From: Chiloscyllium plagiosum
Lineage: Eukaryota
Assembly (NCBI RefSeq): GCF_004010195.1
Contig: NC_057719.1
Span: 83,212,027 to 83,276,026, forward strand
Direction of reading: 5' to 3'
DNA: 64,000 nucleotides
The position numbers and the translations under genes were made by a program. Below are positions 1 through 13,013 of the stretch, in pieces. The notes under the pieces are model-generated. The model was not told where the DNA came from and searched no databases. It worked only from the letters and a program-made list of their open reading frames with translations. Within the stretch, counting starts at the first letter, position 1, and each line of letters opens with the position of its first letter.

Positions 1-258
1 AAAAGAGACGTAAGGGGCAACTTTTTCATGCAGAGGGTCGTACGTGTATGGAATGAGCTGCCAGAGGATGTGGTGGAGGCTGGTACAATTGCAACATTTA
101 AGAGGCATTTGGATGGGTATATGAATAGGAAGGGTTTGGAGGGATATGGGCCGGGTCCTGGCAGGTGGGACTAGATTGGATTGGAATATCTGGTCAGCAT
201 GGACGGGTTGGACCGAAGGGTCTGTTTTCAAACATCAAAACATCTCTACGATTCTATT
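1..258 (+). mobile_element. HER1/CR1 LINE 3' end
   Basis: RT C-terminus (RGNFFMQRVVRVWNELPEDVVEAGTIATFKRHLDGYM) plus 3' UTR ..gaccgaagggtctgttt.. shared with HE1 tails. Confidence 0.9.
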
Positions 259-620
259 ATGAAGAAATGTTAGACAGGATTGGGCCTATATCCATAGTGA
301 TCGGGGTAGAGAGGTCAGACAGGTGATCTAACTGAAACATTAAAAACACTGAGGGGACAAAATAGGGTGGATGTTTCTGCTTGTGGTGGTGGGAGCTGGC
401 GTTAGGACAAGGGGACACTGTTTAGGAATAAGTGGTCTTCTTTTTCAAACAGGGTTGAGGAAAATCGTTTCCAATCAGCGGGTGGTTAGTCTGAGGAATT
501 CTCTTCTCCACAAGACAGTGCAGGCTGGTTGGAGGGTGGGTTAGAGAGATTTCTGACGGACAAAGGACTCAGTCAATCAGAGAGAAAAGTCAAATCAGCC
601 ATAATCTTATTGAATGGTTA
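259..620 (+). mobile_element. Older CR1-family LINE 3' fragment
   Basis: Degenerate RGDL.ET.K.L.G / FSNQRVVSLRNSL motifs and a CR1-type 3' UTR. Confidence 0.7.
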
Positions 621-659
621 GCTCCAACACCTAAAATGGCTCCCAAGTACTACATTCCA

Positions 660-1187
660 ATAAATGCCGTGTAATGGAAATGTTGTGCAGCTGCTTCTAC
701 TGGCTTCTGTTACCACTCTCCCGCCTGATGGCCTTCTCCCGGCCCAGGTGGCTTCTAGCTGTCTGGGCTCAGCCGTCTCCCGGAACGGAATCCTCGTCCC
801 CACGCGGAGGTCTCCCTCATCTTCAGAATTCAGGTCTTCCAGTGGCCCGACAGGACGTCTTGCCCAGGAGTGATGGTCTCAGCCCGGTATGGCGGTCTCC
901 TTCGGTGAAGGCTTCCGGCCTAGTACTCCTGCAGCCTGGCATGGCGGCCTCACCCCGGAATGGGGGCTCATCCCCACTGCACCTATTGAGTGCTTTATCA
1001 TACCTTCATCAACTTTCCCTGTGCCCATTCATGGAATCGTGACAAATTTTGTCTTAATTTGACTTTTTAAAACAATTATGATGTATGATTTCTGTCACTG
1101 ATGTAGGTGACATGGTGGAGCGACTTATAAAACTTCTCACTGTGTTTTTCATGTAAAAGTACACGTGACAATAAGTTTCTATTCTAC
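660..1187 (+). mobile_element. Non-autonomous element with Rex1/Babar-type 3' tail
   Basis: Ends ..cactgt..gtacacgtgacaataag+ttctattcta. The same tail occurs at ~17640, ~23865, ~47630 (-) and ~50270. Confidence 0.55.
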
Positions 1188-1494
1188 AAAGTCAGCAAGA
1201 AGGGTTGGGGAGACGACGAGAGAAGAGATAAACCTGCTAAAGCACCACAAGTTATTCTGATTTGGAACGCAGTGTCTAAAGAGATGGTGGCAACACAATT
1301 CAAGGTGGAAAGCCCCCAGGGGATCCGAGTTTGACATTGGCTAACCTAAGTCGAAAAAGACTGGCGTAGGCATGATGGGCCAAATGGCCTCCCACCGAGC
1401 TGTAAGAAACCACAAGGGAAGGCGGTGGGTGAATGCCAGAGACTGGGCCCACACAACTAAAGTCACTCCTGAGGAAATGGCTGACAAAAGATTC

Positions 1495-1880
1495 TTTTTT
1501 TAATTCACTCAAGGGATGTGGATGTCGCTGGCTAGGCCAGAATTTTTTTTGCCCATCCCTAATTGCCCAAAGGGTGGTCAAGAGTCAACCACATTGCTGT
1601 GGGTCTGGAGTCACGTGTAGGCCAGACCAGGTAAGAATGGCACGTCCCTTCCCTAAAAGGGCATTAGTGAATCAGATGGGTTTTTCCGACAATCGACAAT
1701 GGATTCAAGGTCATCGTTAAACTCTTAACTTCAGATTTTTTTTTAATTGAATGAATATCAATTTTTTTTTTTGAAGTCAGATTTCAGCAGCTACCATGGC
1801 AGGATTTGAACTCAGCTCCCCACAATGTTGCCTGGGTCTCTGGGTCCATCGGTAACACCACTAGGCCATTGCCACCTCCG
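1495..1880 (-). mobile_element. tRNA-headed SINE sharing its 3' tail with the Zenon/CR1-like LINE at 4945-5520
   Basis: Head tggcctagtggt..gagttcaaatcc (A/B box). Body agagtcaaccacattgctgtgggtctggagtcac recurs at 19075-19412, 30715-31055, 43840-44200 and 62935-63325. Confidence 0.75.
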
Positions 1881-1920
1881 TGAATGACAGAGGGATAAGC
1901 TTGAAAATGTGGAACCATTT

Positions 1921-2250
1921 AGATTAGATTAGATCCGCTACAGTATGGAAACAGGTCCTTCAACCCAACAAGTCCACACCAACCCTCCGAAGAGTAACCC
2001 ACCCAGACCCATTCCCCTGCCCTATATTTAACCCTGACTAATGCACCTAACATTACAGGCAAGTTAGCATGGCCAATTCACCTAACCTGCACACCTTTTG
2101 GACTGTGGGAGGGAAACCGGAGCACCTAGAGGAAATCCACGCTGACACGGGGAGAATGTGCAAACTCCACACAGACAGTCGCCCAAGGCTGGAGTCAAAC
2201 CTGGGTCCCTGATGCTGTAAGGCAGCAGTGCTAACCACTGAGCCACTGAG
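1921..2250 (-). mobile_element. HE1 SINE (V-SINE)
   Basis: tRNA-like head (tggctcagtggttagcactgctgcc), V core (gtgaattggccatgctaa), HER1-shared tail and (ctaat)n end. Confidence 0.92.
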
Positions 2251-2828
2251 CTGCCCAATTTGTGCCCCAGACAGGGTGCCATTCTCTCACAGAACCTCAA
2301 TGAAGGGATGCAAGGCCGAGCTCCTTATGAAAGGAGCAAAAAGAGTCAAACGTTTGCAAGAAGGGCCCCAAAGTGACCTCCCGTCTGGAACCCTCCCCCA
2401 AGTTACTCCTGAAAGGTTTCTCCTTCCGCTGACTTGTAATGTCAAGAGGCCTCATCACACAACCTCACACCTCCAACAATCCCTCCCCTCCCCCCATGCT
2501 CAGGCCAGTGCTCACCAAACATGCCCGCTCACACGGTGCCACACCCACCCAACCTGCTCGGAAGCTAAACCCGACGTCTGTCAACGCCGTCCGTCGACGC
2601 TCTTTGCGCCACGCACGGAACTTTCCAGAACCAAGTTGCGGAGGTGTTCCCGGAAAACAAAGACGCAACTTTTCAGATTCCCCCCAGGCGTTACTGCGGT
2701 GCGAGATTAATAATTACTATTTTAGGCAACTCTTCAGGCAGCCAGGCTCCTTTTCGAGGATGCATAGCCGTGTTAGTGCTGCATACAACAGACAGCCACT
2801 TCACCTGTGGCTGTTATAAGGGAGATAC

Positions 2829-2891
2829 CTGTTTCTCTGCATTCTCTGCCCGCTGGTCAGCCTCAATCACTCTCTGTTCCAATTCCTGCAT
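2829..2891 (-). CDS. PLEKHH1: PLEKHH1 next coding exon (63 nt, aa 43-63, coiled coil)
   Basis: Acceptor ..cctcttttatag| then ATGCAGGAATTGGAACAG..AAACAG|gtatct. Encodes MQELEQRVIEADQRAENAEKQ versus recalled human MQELEQRLLEAEQRAENAETQ. Phase 0/0, in frame with the 22299 exon. Too short to appear in the ORF track. Confidence 0.93.
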
Positions 2892-3594
2892 CTATAAAAG
2901 AGGACAAAAGGCAAGGATTAAACGACATGCGCGGCAAAGCTGACCCGACAGGGAGAGACTTGACTTAACACTCCGCTTTCCGATATCGGGGAAGCTCACT
3001 GTGGCTTGAGAGGCCTTCAAGAGAGCACCTTCGCTCAGCACTGACATCATGTGCCTCAGGTTACCGTGTGGGGGACAAACCTAATCCAACCTGCAAAAAC
3101 AGAGCAACTCAACTCAGCTGGGTCACTAAGCTGCCCCCCACCCCCGGGAGGTGCCACGTCCCACCGGTGGCAGCCCACCCAAAGGCAGTGCCGTCTCCCC
3201 CTTGAAGTGTAAAGCGCTCTCCCAGAATACCGTCATGCCACGGCTCCAACTCCGGGAGCCAACCCTTGGGTGGGCAGAGGATGATTGGCACCTGTCTGGA
3301 TAATGGCGGGTGAGCCTCAAACAGGACCCTGCCTCAGCCCCACCTGACAGGGATTTACAGGCTGAGAATTTCTCTGCGGGAGCACCTCGTTGCCATGGTT
3401 CCCAGAGGGTACCATGATGCTTTGGGGCTCCCAGGCAACGAGACGGAGGAGAATCTGGAGCTGCTGGTGTACAACTGCAGTGAAGGGTCAACATTGGAAA
3501 CCCCGCTCAGAATTCCCTCCCTCAATCCCTTCTGCCTCTCTTGATCTTCCTTTCCCTCAAACCTATCTCTTGTGGTTCACTGCCTCAGTTTTCA

Positions 3595-3915
3595 GAGAAT
3601 CCCTACAGCGTGGAAGCGGTCCATTCGGCCCAGCGAGTCGACACCAACCCTCCGAAGAGCGTCCCAACCAGACCCACCCTGCCCCGCATCCCTGCATTTC
3701 CCCGTGGCCAACTCACCTAGTCTGCAAACCCCCGGACTCTCGGGGACAACTTAGCATGGCCAACCCACCTAACCTGCACGTCTTTGGCACTGTGGGAGGA
3801 AACACACACAAAGACTGGGAGAACGCGCAAACTCCACCCAGACAGTCGCCCGAGGCTGGAATCGAACCCTGGCGCTGTGAGGCAGCAGCGCTAACCACTG
3901 AGCCACCTTGCTGCC
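3595..3915 (-). mobile_element. HE1 SINE
   Basis: Same head, V core and tail as 1921-2250. Confidence 0.9.
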
Positions 3916-4944
3916 CTACTGTTTGACGACACTCCTGAAATTGCCCCATTTCTGCTACATTCAAGGCCCGCTCCCTCCAGCGTCTCGGCCAGCGTTTCTC
4001 CCTCAACCAATACCACCAGAACGTTGCTGCTCGTGGGATCTTGCTGTGCACAGCTTGAAAGGCCATGGTAAGGCAGCAGCAATGCTGCAAAGCACTCACG
4101 GGGCTGTAAACGTGCTTCAGAGTGCCCCGAGGTCACGAGCAGCATTAGATCGAAAAACAAAACACAAGGTCTTTCTTTGAATCTGCTCAGTTTAGCGCGA
4201 CGCTCTTTGCTCTGCTGTCGGAATAAAAGCTTCCTGTTTCCAGCTGCTGTCTAATTGCAGAGTGTGAGCCCCCAGGCTTTGATCCAGTTGAAATCCATTA
4301 CAAGGGACTCACTTTAACAAGGGAACGAGAGAATGCCCGCGCGCTCGCACACACACACACACATTGCAGACAGAGGGAAAGCTGCAAAGTCTAAGGTTTC
4401 GAAACTCACCTGTTTGATGTAGGCTCAACAATTACACAGTTTGTCTGAACCGACAACCCCCCCCCCCACCCCCCCCCCCCCACCCCACCACCACCAGAAC
4501 CGCAGACCTCCTACTGAGCTCCAGCTCCTCAGGAGGAAGTTGTGAAAGACATGGTGCATCCCAGGCTGCTCAAGTAGCTGCCCATCTGTCTTAGGGTGAA
4601 GGTGGAAAGCCCCCACTGCAATCCCAGCTGTTAACCTGGGGGGTCTTTGCCCGCTAAAGGGTTACACTGGCTGCCAAGTCAATTCCCCAGCTGTCCACAT
4701 CGATCGGGAAACGGATCCCTTTTCTCTACCGACTTCCCCCCGACCCTGTCCTCTGTCCGCTCCTTCCTCCAAAAGGTGTTGGTCACAGGGCTGCGAGGTG
4801 TCACTAGCTCCCCCTGCATGCTTCATTAGTAGCTCCCGCGCAGCCACTCCCTGAACGTACCCCCTTGCGGCTGTTAAATGCAGCAGGAAGCAGCTCCTTC
4901 CTTCAGAAAGAAGACATGATGCTTATCTGAATACATCATTTTTT

Positions 4945-5520
4945 TAAATTCATTTTTGTGGGATATGGGAGTCGCTGACTGGGTCAGCAGTTATTACCCG
5001 TCTCTAGTTGCCCCTTGGGAAGGCGGTGGTGGGCCACCTTCTTGAACCGCTGCAGTCTGTGTGCCCTTGGGTGACCCTTAGGGAGGGAATTCCAGAATTT
5101 TGGCCCAGTGAAGGAACGGCGATATGTTTCCAAGTCTGGATGGTGAGTGGCTTAGAGGGGAACTTGAAGGTGGAGATGTTCCCATATATTTGCTGCCCCT
5201 CTTTTTCTAGGTTGAAGTGTTCATGGGTTTGGAAGGTCAGTCTGAGGAGCTTGAGTGAATTCCCGCAGGGCATCTTATAGATAGCACACACCGTTGCTAC
5301 TGAGCGTTGGCGGTGGATGGAGTGGATGCTTGTGGATGTGGTGCCAATCAGGCGGGCTGCTTTGTCCTGGATGGTGCCAAGCTTCTTGAGTGTTGTTGGA
5401 GCTGCACCCATCCAGGCAAGTGGGGAGTACTCCATCACACTCCTGACTTGTCGTGCAAATGGTGGACCGGCTTTGGGAGTCAGGAGGTGAGTTACTCGCC
5501 CCAGTATCCCTAGCCTCTGG
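4945..5520 (-). mobile_element. Non-LTR retrotransposon 3' fragment (CR1-group, Zenon-like RT C-terminus)
   Basis: MEYSPLAWMGAAPTTLKKLGTIQDKAARLIG motif, then frameshifted. Related 3' UTR at 16480-16745 and 30270-30590. Confidence 0.8.
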
Positions 5521-5894
5521 ATTGGCTGCTTATCTACGACTTGGGGGCTTCCGAGTGATTTTGTGGGAACTTATCTATCACCTCTGTACTCGCAGATCAA
5601 CACTGCTCCCCGAACCAGCAACATCTTAGACTTTTATCAGGCATGGGCTGCTCCCTGAAATCTCTCAAACCCTCAGCCACCTCCAATTTTGCCCCTCAGT
5701 AACTGGGGAGCTGTAGGTTGACCCACAATGCCATGAGGGAGGGAGTTCCAGGATCATAACCCAGCCATGTTGAAAGAAGGCCTTGGAGGGAAGGCTTACT
5801 TTAGCTCGTACAACTACAGCCCTAGTTCCGCTGGGGAGTGGAGGCTCCAGGTTTCGAAGAAGTTTCTGAGAAACCTTAGTGAATGTCTTCGAAT

Positions 5895-6208
5895 CACAGA
5901 ATCCCTAGAGTGTGGAGTAGGCCGCTGGGTCCACGCACTGACACTCCAAAGTGTATCCCTCCCAGACCCACCCCAACCCTGTAATCCCCATGACTAATCT
6001 ACCTAGCCTTCACACTGTGGGGCAATTTAGCATGGCCAAGCCACCTAACTTGCAATTCTCGGACTGTAGGAAGAAACCAGAGCACTCAGAGGAAACCCAC
6101 GCAGACATGGGGAGAATGTTCAAACTCCACGCAGACTATCACCCGAGGCTGGAATCGAACCCGACTCCCTGGCGTTCTGAGGCAGGAGGGCTAACCGCTG
6201 AGGCACCA
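5895..6208 (-). mobile_element. HE1 SINE
   Basis: gggcaatttagcatggcc V core and tRNA head. Confidence 0.88.
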
Positions 6209-6484
6209 TGACGACCACCAGCAGTGCATTTTGTAGCTGGGGCAAACTGTTGGTCACTATGATGGTGGAGATGGCACACGGGGTGACAACGACACGAGAT
6301 CCTCTATCCTGGACTGTGCCGAGCTCCATTATTGGGTGGCTCTGCGTTCAGCTGAGCCCTAAGCTCGGAGATTCCCAGCCTTCCTACACCCACCTCCCAA
6401 TCCCCAACCTCCCACCTTCTTCCTTCCGGATGCTCCTGTTTGCCTACCACTCCGTGAAAGCCTTTGGCCTTGTAGCCTCAAGCT

Positions 6485-7218
6485 AACAAAATCAATAAAA
6501 GGAGACCCAATGGACGTAGTATGCCTAGATTTACAAAAAGCATTCAGTAAAGCACGCCACAGAAGGCTGGTTAGAAACATTAAAGCACACGGGACAGGAG
6601 GTAACCTACTAGCATGGACTAATGCTTAGCCAGCAAAATGAGTAGCAATAGAAAAAGGATCATTTTATTTTGGCAGGCTGTGGCTAGTGGGGTGTTACAA
6701 GGGTTAGTACTTGGGCCCCAGCCATTCACAATACATCTCAATGATCTGAAGTTAAAGTAATATTTCAAAATCTGCAGCTGAAACAAAGCTAAGTGGGAAT
6801 ACATGTTGTAGAGGAAGATGCAATTAGCTTCGGATGAATTTGGACAGGCTCGCTGAATAGGCAAGAACAGGGCAGATGGAATACCAGGTGGAAAAACGTG
6901 AAGATATTCATATTGGTAGGAGGAACCAATATGCAGAGTAATTCTTAAGTAATAAGAAGTTTGTGAGTATCAATGCATAAAGGGATTTGGGTGTCCTTGT
7001 CAATAAAACATGAAGGTCAACATGTAGGTGATGCACGTTATGAGGAAGGCTAATGAAACGTTAGCCTTTATTCCAAGAGGATTTGAGTGCAGGAGCAGTG
7101 AAGTCTTGCTTTAATTGTATCGGAGCTTTGCTCGACTGCACCTTGAGCAGTTTTGGTCTCCTTTTCTCAGTAAAGTTATTATTACCACAGAGGGAATGCG
7201 ATGAAGGTTCACCAGATA
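6485..7218 (+). mobile_element. Degenerate CR1 LINE RT fragment
   Basis: DVVCLDLQKAFSK.., SGVLQGLVLGPQPFTI motifs with stops and frameshifts. Confidence 0.8.
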
Positions 7219-7219
7219 T

Positions 7220-7492
7220 CCCCCCACATTATCCCAGTCCCAAGCCTCCAACTCGGCCCGCCCTCTAGACCCATCCATCACTTCCCCCCTCTGACCTATC
7301 ACTTTCTCCATCACCTTCATTCACCTATTGCTTTCTCAGCTACCCATCCCACTCCCCCTCCCCTTTATCTCTCAGCTTCCCGCCCAGCCCACAAGCCTCT
7401 TTCCTGATGAAGGGCTTATACCCGAAACGTCGATTCTCCTGCCCCTCGGATGCTGCCTGACCTGCTGTGCTTTTCCAACCCCACACTCTCGA
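7220..7492 (+). mobile_element. Penelope-like (pseudo-LTR) fragment with minimal hammerhead motif
   Basis: Pyrimidine-rich 5' part, then CTGATGA(7404-7410)-A-gggc ttat accc-GAAAC-GTC(7429-7431), followed by the conserved gattctcctg..ctgtgcttttcc tail. Confidence 0.75.
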
Positions 7493-9134
7493 TGCTTATT
7501 CCTGGGATGGTATTCGGCAAAGTCAGTCTGAATTCTCAAAGAATGAAATGAGAATCCCATGAAATCCTCCAAAATACTTGTAGGGACAGACGGGAGAGAT
7601 GCAGGGGAGGTGCAACACTGGCTGGAGAGTCGAGAACCAGGGGAGACCATTTAAAAATAAGAGAGATCCCACTGAGGTCCAAGCTGAGAAGGTTTTGAAT
7701 GAAAAGAATTCTGAACATTTGAAATTCTCTAGCACAGACGACCACGGAAGCTCAGCCCTTGAGTACGTTTCAGGTAAAAATGTGGTTATTTCCGATTACT
7801 AGTGTTGTACATGGTTACAGTGATACGGTGGCTAAAAGACACCAAAGATATCTGATCAGCCAAGATCATTTTGAACGAGCCGAATGGCCTACTCCCACCT
7901 TCCTATTTTACTCATACCTCCTTAGATTGGATGGCGTCCAATAACACTCCTGCAAAGTGGCGGGAGACAGTTGATACATTAAAAGGCGCTACACAAATGC
8001 AAGTTGTGGTGGTTCGACAGGACTACCAGTCATTACCATTTGCAAGTGGGTAGTGCCAAGGCAGCATTAGATTTCCAGGCAAGTGACAGCTACTAATTTC
8101 CAAAGGGGTGGGGGAACAAGAGGCAATTATAAAAACAATGAACCTTTGGGCAGAGTTACATCAACAAACAAATCCTTTCTCAATAGCGTCAGTGGGTTTG
8201 CCTGCTCAGATCCTCGCCCTGACCCTGGTTCCCTCAAGGAACACGATCTCCTTGATTTAACAGCATCAAGAATTTACAGCTTTAATTTGTTTCACACAAC
8301 AGAGCCAGACCTCCGATAGAGAGCTGCCGTTTGTCATCAGATATAGGAGCCTTTACAGTGCCCTTCTGTCTCTTCCCCCTTATTCCTCCTCTCTCTTTCT
8401 TCATCCCACTCTCCCTCAACAAACGCAAATTCATTCATTGCTACGAGACCATGTCTTCCCCCTCGCCCCACCACCCCAAAACAATATCATGATTAACCAA
8501 CAACAAAAAGACAACTCGCAGTTATGTCAAGACTTTTTAAACGTCATAAAACATCTCAAGGAACTTTACAGGGACAATGGTGCTTGACAACGGTCCAGGT
8601 AAGGTGATATTAGGATAAAGCGACAGGCCCTTAACAGTGGAGAAGGGAGAGAGTGAGGTAAAGAAATAAGACTTGCATTTCTATAGCATCTTTCAGGATC
8701 ACAGCAGATTTAAAAGCACCTTGCAGCCGAAGAAGTATCCTTGAATTGTATTTGCTGATTAGTAATGCAACAAACTCCACAGTTGATGTACTAACTGACA
8801 AATCACAGAAGCAGCAGTGCAATCATTAGGTAATATGATTTGTAATGGGTGTTGACTGAGGGATACGCACATACAAATCACGGTGGTAATGCCACAGGCT
8901 CCGTGTCAGAATCTTGAGGCTCAAGGTTATGCTCTGGGGTCATGGGTTCAAATCCAGCCAAGGGAATTTTGGAAAATCTAAAATGGAAAGCTAATCTCAG
9001 GGAACAGCAACAACAAAACTCTTGCCGATTGTTGGTAATTTGCAGTCAACGCAACTACAGAGAGTGCACACTCCATTAGAAAGGTGGGGCTTATGATTCA
9101 CCATATAGGCGTAGTATCCTGCTTTTGATAGGAT

Positions 9135-9392
9135 CAGATTAGATTCCCTACAGTGTGGAAACAGGCCCTTCAGCCCAACCAGTCCACACCGACCCTCCGA
9201 AGAGTAACCCACCCAGACCCATTTCCCTCTGACTAATACACCTATCACTATGGGACAATTTAGCATGGCCAATTCACCTGACCTGCACATCTTTGGATTG
9301 TGGGAGGAAACCAGAGCACCCGGAGGAAACCCACACAGACACGGGGAGAATGTGCAAACTCCACACAGACAGTCGCCCGAAGCGGGAATCGA
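9135..9392 (-). mobile_element. HE1 SINE, 5'-truncated
   Basis: Tail and V core present; stops in the B-box region and is fused to the adjacent CR1 piece. Confidence 0.9.
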
Positions 9393-9394
9393 GC

Positions 9395-9845
9395 GTGAGT
9401 CTGTTCAGGAGCGACTTACCAGGGATGGAGGGTTTGAATTACAAGGAGAGGCTAGAAAGACTGGAGCATCGGAGATTCAGGGGTCTCTGTATAGAGGTTT
9501 ATAAAATTATGAGGGACATGGATAAAGTAAATGGCAAGTGCCTTTTCTCTAGGGTGGGGGATTTTAAGAATACAGGGCATATTTTTAAGGTGAGAGAAGA
9601 AAGAATTAAAAAAACATAAGGGGCAATTATATTTTAAACACAGAGTGGTTCATGTGTGGAATGACCTTCCAGAGGAAGTGGTGGAACGTGGGTACAGTTT
9701 AAAAGACACTTAGGTAACGACTTGAATAAGAAAGACTTGGAGGGATGTGAGCCAAGCACAGGCAGGTGGGACTACTTGAATGTGGGAGTTTGGTTGGCAT
9801 GGACTGGTTGGACCGAAGGATCTGTTTCTGTGCTGTATGATTCCA
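9395..9845 (+). mobile_element. HER1/CR1 LINE 3' fragment
   Basis: LPGMEGLNYKERLERL..EVYKIMRDMDKV plus 3' UTR. Confidence 0.88.
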
Positions 9846-10989
9846 GCACCATGTCCAAATATCTTCAAATTCAATTGAAGAATACAACACCCCTTCAACC
9901 TTACCCCAACTGCCCCCCCCCCTCACAAATCCATGAACACGCCAAGCTCCATCCAGGCCAACTCATGCCCTTCCATGGTCCTTCACAGAATCCATGATGC
10001 TTCCTAATCCCTGTGCTAACCCATATCCCCACCTCTCAGCCTGCACCACACCAGCTCACACTTGGCAGGCCTCAGGTTCGTGCAGAGAAGAGACAGAATA
10101 AGGTTCAATGAACGAACGTTTCCAAATGTCTACTACAGACTATTACAAAACTACTTGTATTGAAAAAAAATCGGTACATTTACATTTCTTCAACTAAACG
10201 TGCCTTATCACATCAAACATTTAACTCCAGTACTTAATCCCTTATAACAACAAGCATTTGAACTTATAATGCCACTTCAATAGCCACTTGTAGCTATCAA
10301 TCAAACTGAACTGGCAGGCACCCAACTCGAACAATGGCGGCTGTGAAATCCATCACACAGCAGTAATCCAACAAGAGAAACCCACTGTGAACAGCATGAA
10401 ATAGCAAGAAATGGTCTTTTTAACACTTGAGTTTCTTTTCTGAAATATTTAAAAAGGAAGGAATGCCTGGCTTAATGCTTCCCACCTTTAACGATTACTC
10501 GACAGCTGCTTTAACAGGTCTGCTGACAGTTTCAATGTGGCTAACAGTTAATGCGATTCTAACAATTCCAAAAGGTCTCCAAACATGTGTCCCAGGACCA
10601 TAACCAAAAGGGGGCTACCTCGGCTATCCAAAAGAAATGCATAAAAGCTCAGAGCCGCTCCTATCGGGTCTACACCCGGGGTTTCACACAGCCCCGGCCT
10701 CCAAAGATCTGATTGAGTGGAAGCAGTTACTGGTTGGAACAGGAATCTAGAAGAGCACATCTACGAAACGCGGCCCATCCTCATTCCCAGCCCCATTTAA
10801 GAAAAAGGGGTCACCTTCCCTGGGATGGGACTGGTGATTTTTCAGGCGCTCTAACAGATGCTGCATTGTCACAGAAACCCAGGCCTACACCTTCCAACAG
10901 CCTGGAAAATGTTTTGGAACTTCCAGCAGTTGAGAAAGTAAGTGTGAAAGAAAAGCAAACCCTTCACTTTACATTCCTGTTTCTCTTCA

Positions 10990-11530
10990 AATAATTGAAT
11001 CTTACCATTGCCAGCACTCAGCAAACTATCTGCAATTCTCATCTTCTACTTATGCCCCAATAGTGGCCCATTGTATGCAGCCAGTAGATTAACGTCTCTA
11101 TTATTCCTCGATTCAAACCAAATAATGTGCCTTGGACTCCTCAGATACATCCTGCCCACTGCAGTGTTAAAAGCATCTCTGATTAACACCACCACCTTCC
11201 CTTTATCCCCCTCCCCGGTTTTTCCTGAATACCCTGTCACCAGGAGTATTAAGTTCCCAATCCTCCCTATCTTGCTATTTTCTCATTGTCCCATATGGTG
11301 GCTTGTGCCTACAGCTAACCTGCCTTTAATTAAAAATGCATCAAGGTCCACACAGCCCAGACCCACCTCTGACTGGTTTTGCAATTGCGGTGTCTGATCC
11401 CCACTGCTTCGTCACTCTGCGGCTGTCTGCCTCTCTTGTTTTAGTCCTGCTCCCTATGGTTTCTTTCTGGTGCCTGGCCACCTGTGGAAATTCCTTTCCT
11501 CACTCCCACACAGGGGTTCACTTTCCCACA
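10990..11530 (-). mobile_element. Degenerate CR1 LINE, AP-endonuclease region
   Basis: GY..K..EGDKGKVVVLIRD..IWFESRNN..AYNGP resembles the CR1 endonuclease (GYRxFRKDR..GGGVALL..WVELRN..YRPP). Confidence 0.65.
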
Positions 11531-11984
11531 GTGATATTTGTTCAGGGTGAAGTGCTGACCTTGGGAAAGGTCCCCGGTGCCTTAGCACCAGGTCCCAAAG
11601 TTCCAGGAACCGGAGCAGCTCCCACCCAAACCCCCCTCTCTCTAGCCCTACATTAACCTGCTGCCGCTATCCTCACCAACATGCTGCCTTGGGAGGAGGC
11701 CAGAGATTACAACTTTTTCTGCGCTGGTTTTAAAAATTTGCTCCCGAGCTCCTGAGACACTGACTGCAGGAACTCGAGCTTTCTCCCTCTTCCGCCTGCA
11801 ATTCCCACAGACAGTGCGGACTCTCAGCTCCCCCACCACTCCCCTTTGTGTTAGCTCCCACAGAGGAAGGAGAGAAAGTTGTTAGCGTGAGTGTTGTGCG
11901 AGACTTTGCGGGAGCGGGGCCTACTTCGCGGGGGACTCACACCCCACCTGCAGAAAGACCTTGCTCTCCTATTGGTCTGTAACC

Positions 11985-12090
11985 CCTCTGAAGTGGAGTC
12001 ATGTTGGACTCAGACCGTTAACTCTGCTTCTCTCTCTCTCTCTCCCCTACTTCACAGACGCTGCCAGACCTGCAGAACTTTTCCAGCACT
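11985..12090 (+). mobile_element. Penelope-like short element, family 2 (degenerate hammerhead)
   Basis: ctgaagt-g-gagtc atgttg gactc-agacc-gttaactct then cacagacgctgccagacctgc..ttttccagca. Confidence 0.6.
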
Positions 12091-13013
12091 CCCTATGCTA
12101 TATTCCCAGTGTGCTGGGCACCTTGCTTTTATCAAGTCCCCTCTGGTCACCATCTTCCATTTGCCCCACAGTGCTGTAGACAGCTCGACACTACCCAATA
12201 CAGAAACCCACTTCTGCAGTAGTTCTACAAAGTCTGAAAAGGGTTTCTTATCCGCCTCGTGCCCTGGCATCACCTTGTCTTTACTCGACGTGCAAGTCGG
12301 ATTCCACAACGGTCCAGTCCCCACAGGATTAGCATTGTGCGTCCACACAGTATAGTGGGTGCATTATTCACCTGCGACACTAGATCTCCTCTCCTGTATC
12401 ACTGCGAGATGCTGCTAGGAATTGAAACGCGGCTGTCTCCCTGGGAGCAAAGAGAGGGTTATAACTGTGCCCAGCAGTAACGACCCTGCTAAAGTACTCT
12501 GCAGAGATCTCCCATATGTAGCAGCCTGCGGTAAAACAAAGATCTCCACACTGATTATTATTTCGGAATATGGACGGTGTGTTTCGATTCTACTGGCGTC
12601 TACCTGGTTTGCTTTTTGAGTCAGTTTTGTGCAATCTCTTAAAGATTTGTTCAGGGGTGGGGTGCACCAGGCCTGGGAGCAATGGCTGATCCTGAAACCC
12701 AAAATCATTCCAACGCAAGGGGGCTTTTTGTCAAATCAAGGGCGGGAGATATGGAATTTCAGAGGAATAGAGGGACTAGAGACACTAGGGATGCGGAGGT
12801 TTGAATGGAAGCATCAAGGTTTCGATATATTATCAAAAAGAGAAACCATTTCCACTGGAAGGAAGGCAAGTGAGTGGAAGACACCAATTTAAGCTAATTG
12901 ATAAAAGAACTAGGTGAAAGATGAAGAGAAGTTCCTGTTTTTGCAGAGTATTATTTTGACCTGTCTGAAAACGGACTCATTGCATTTTTGAAAAGGGAAC
13001 TGGACGAGTATTT

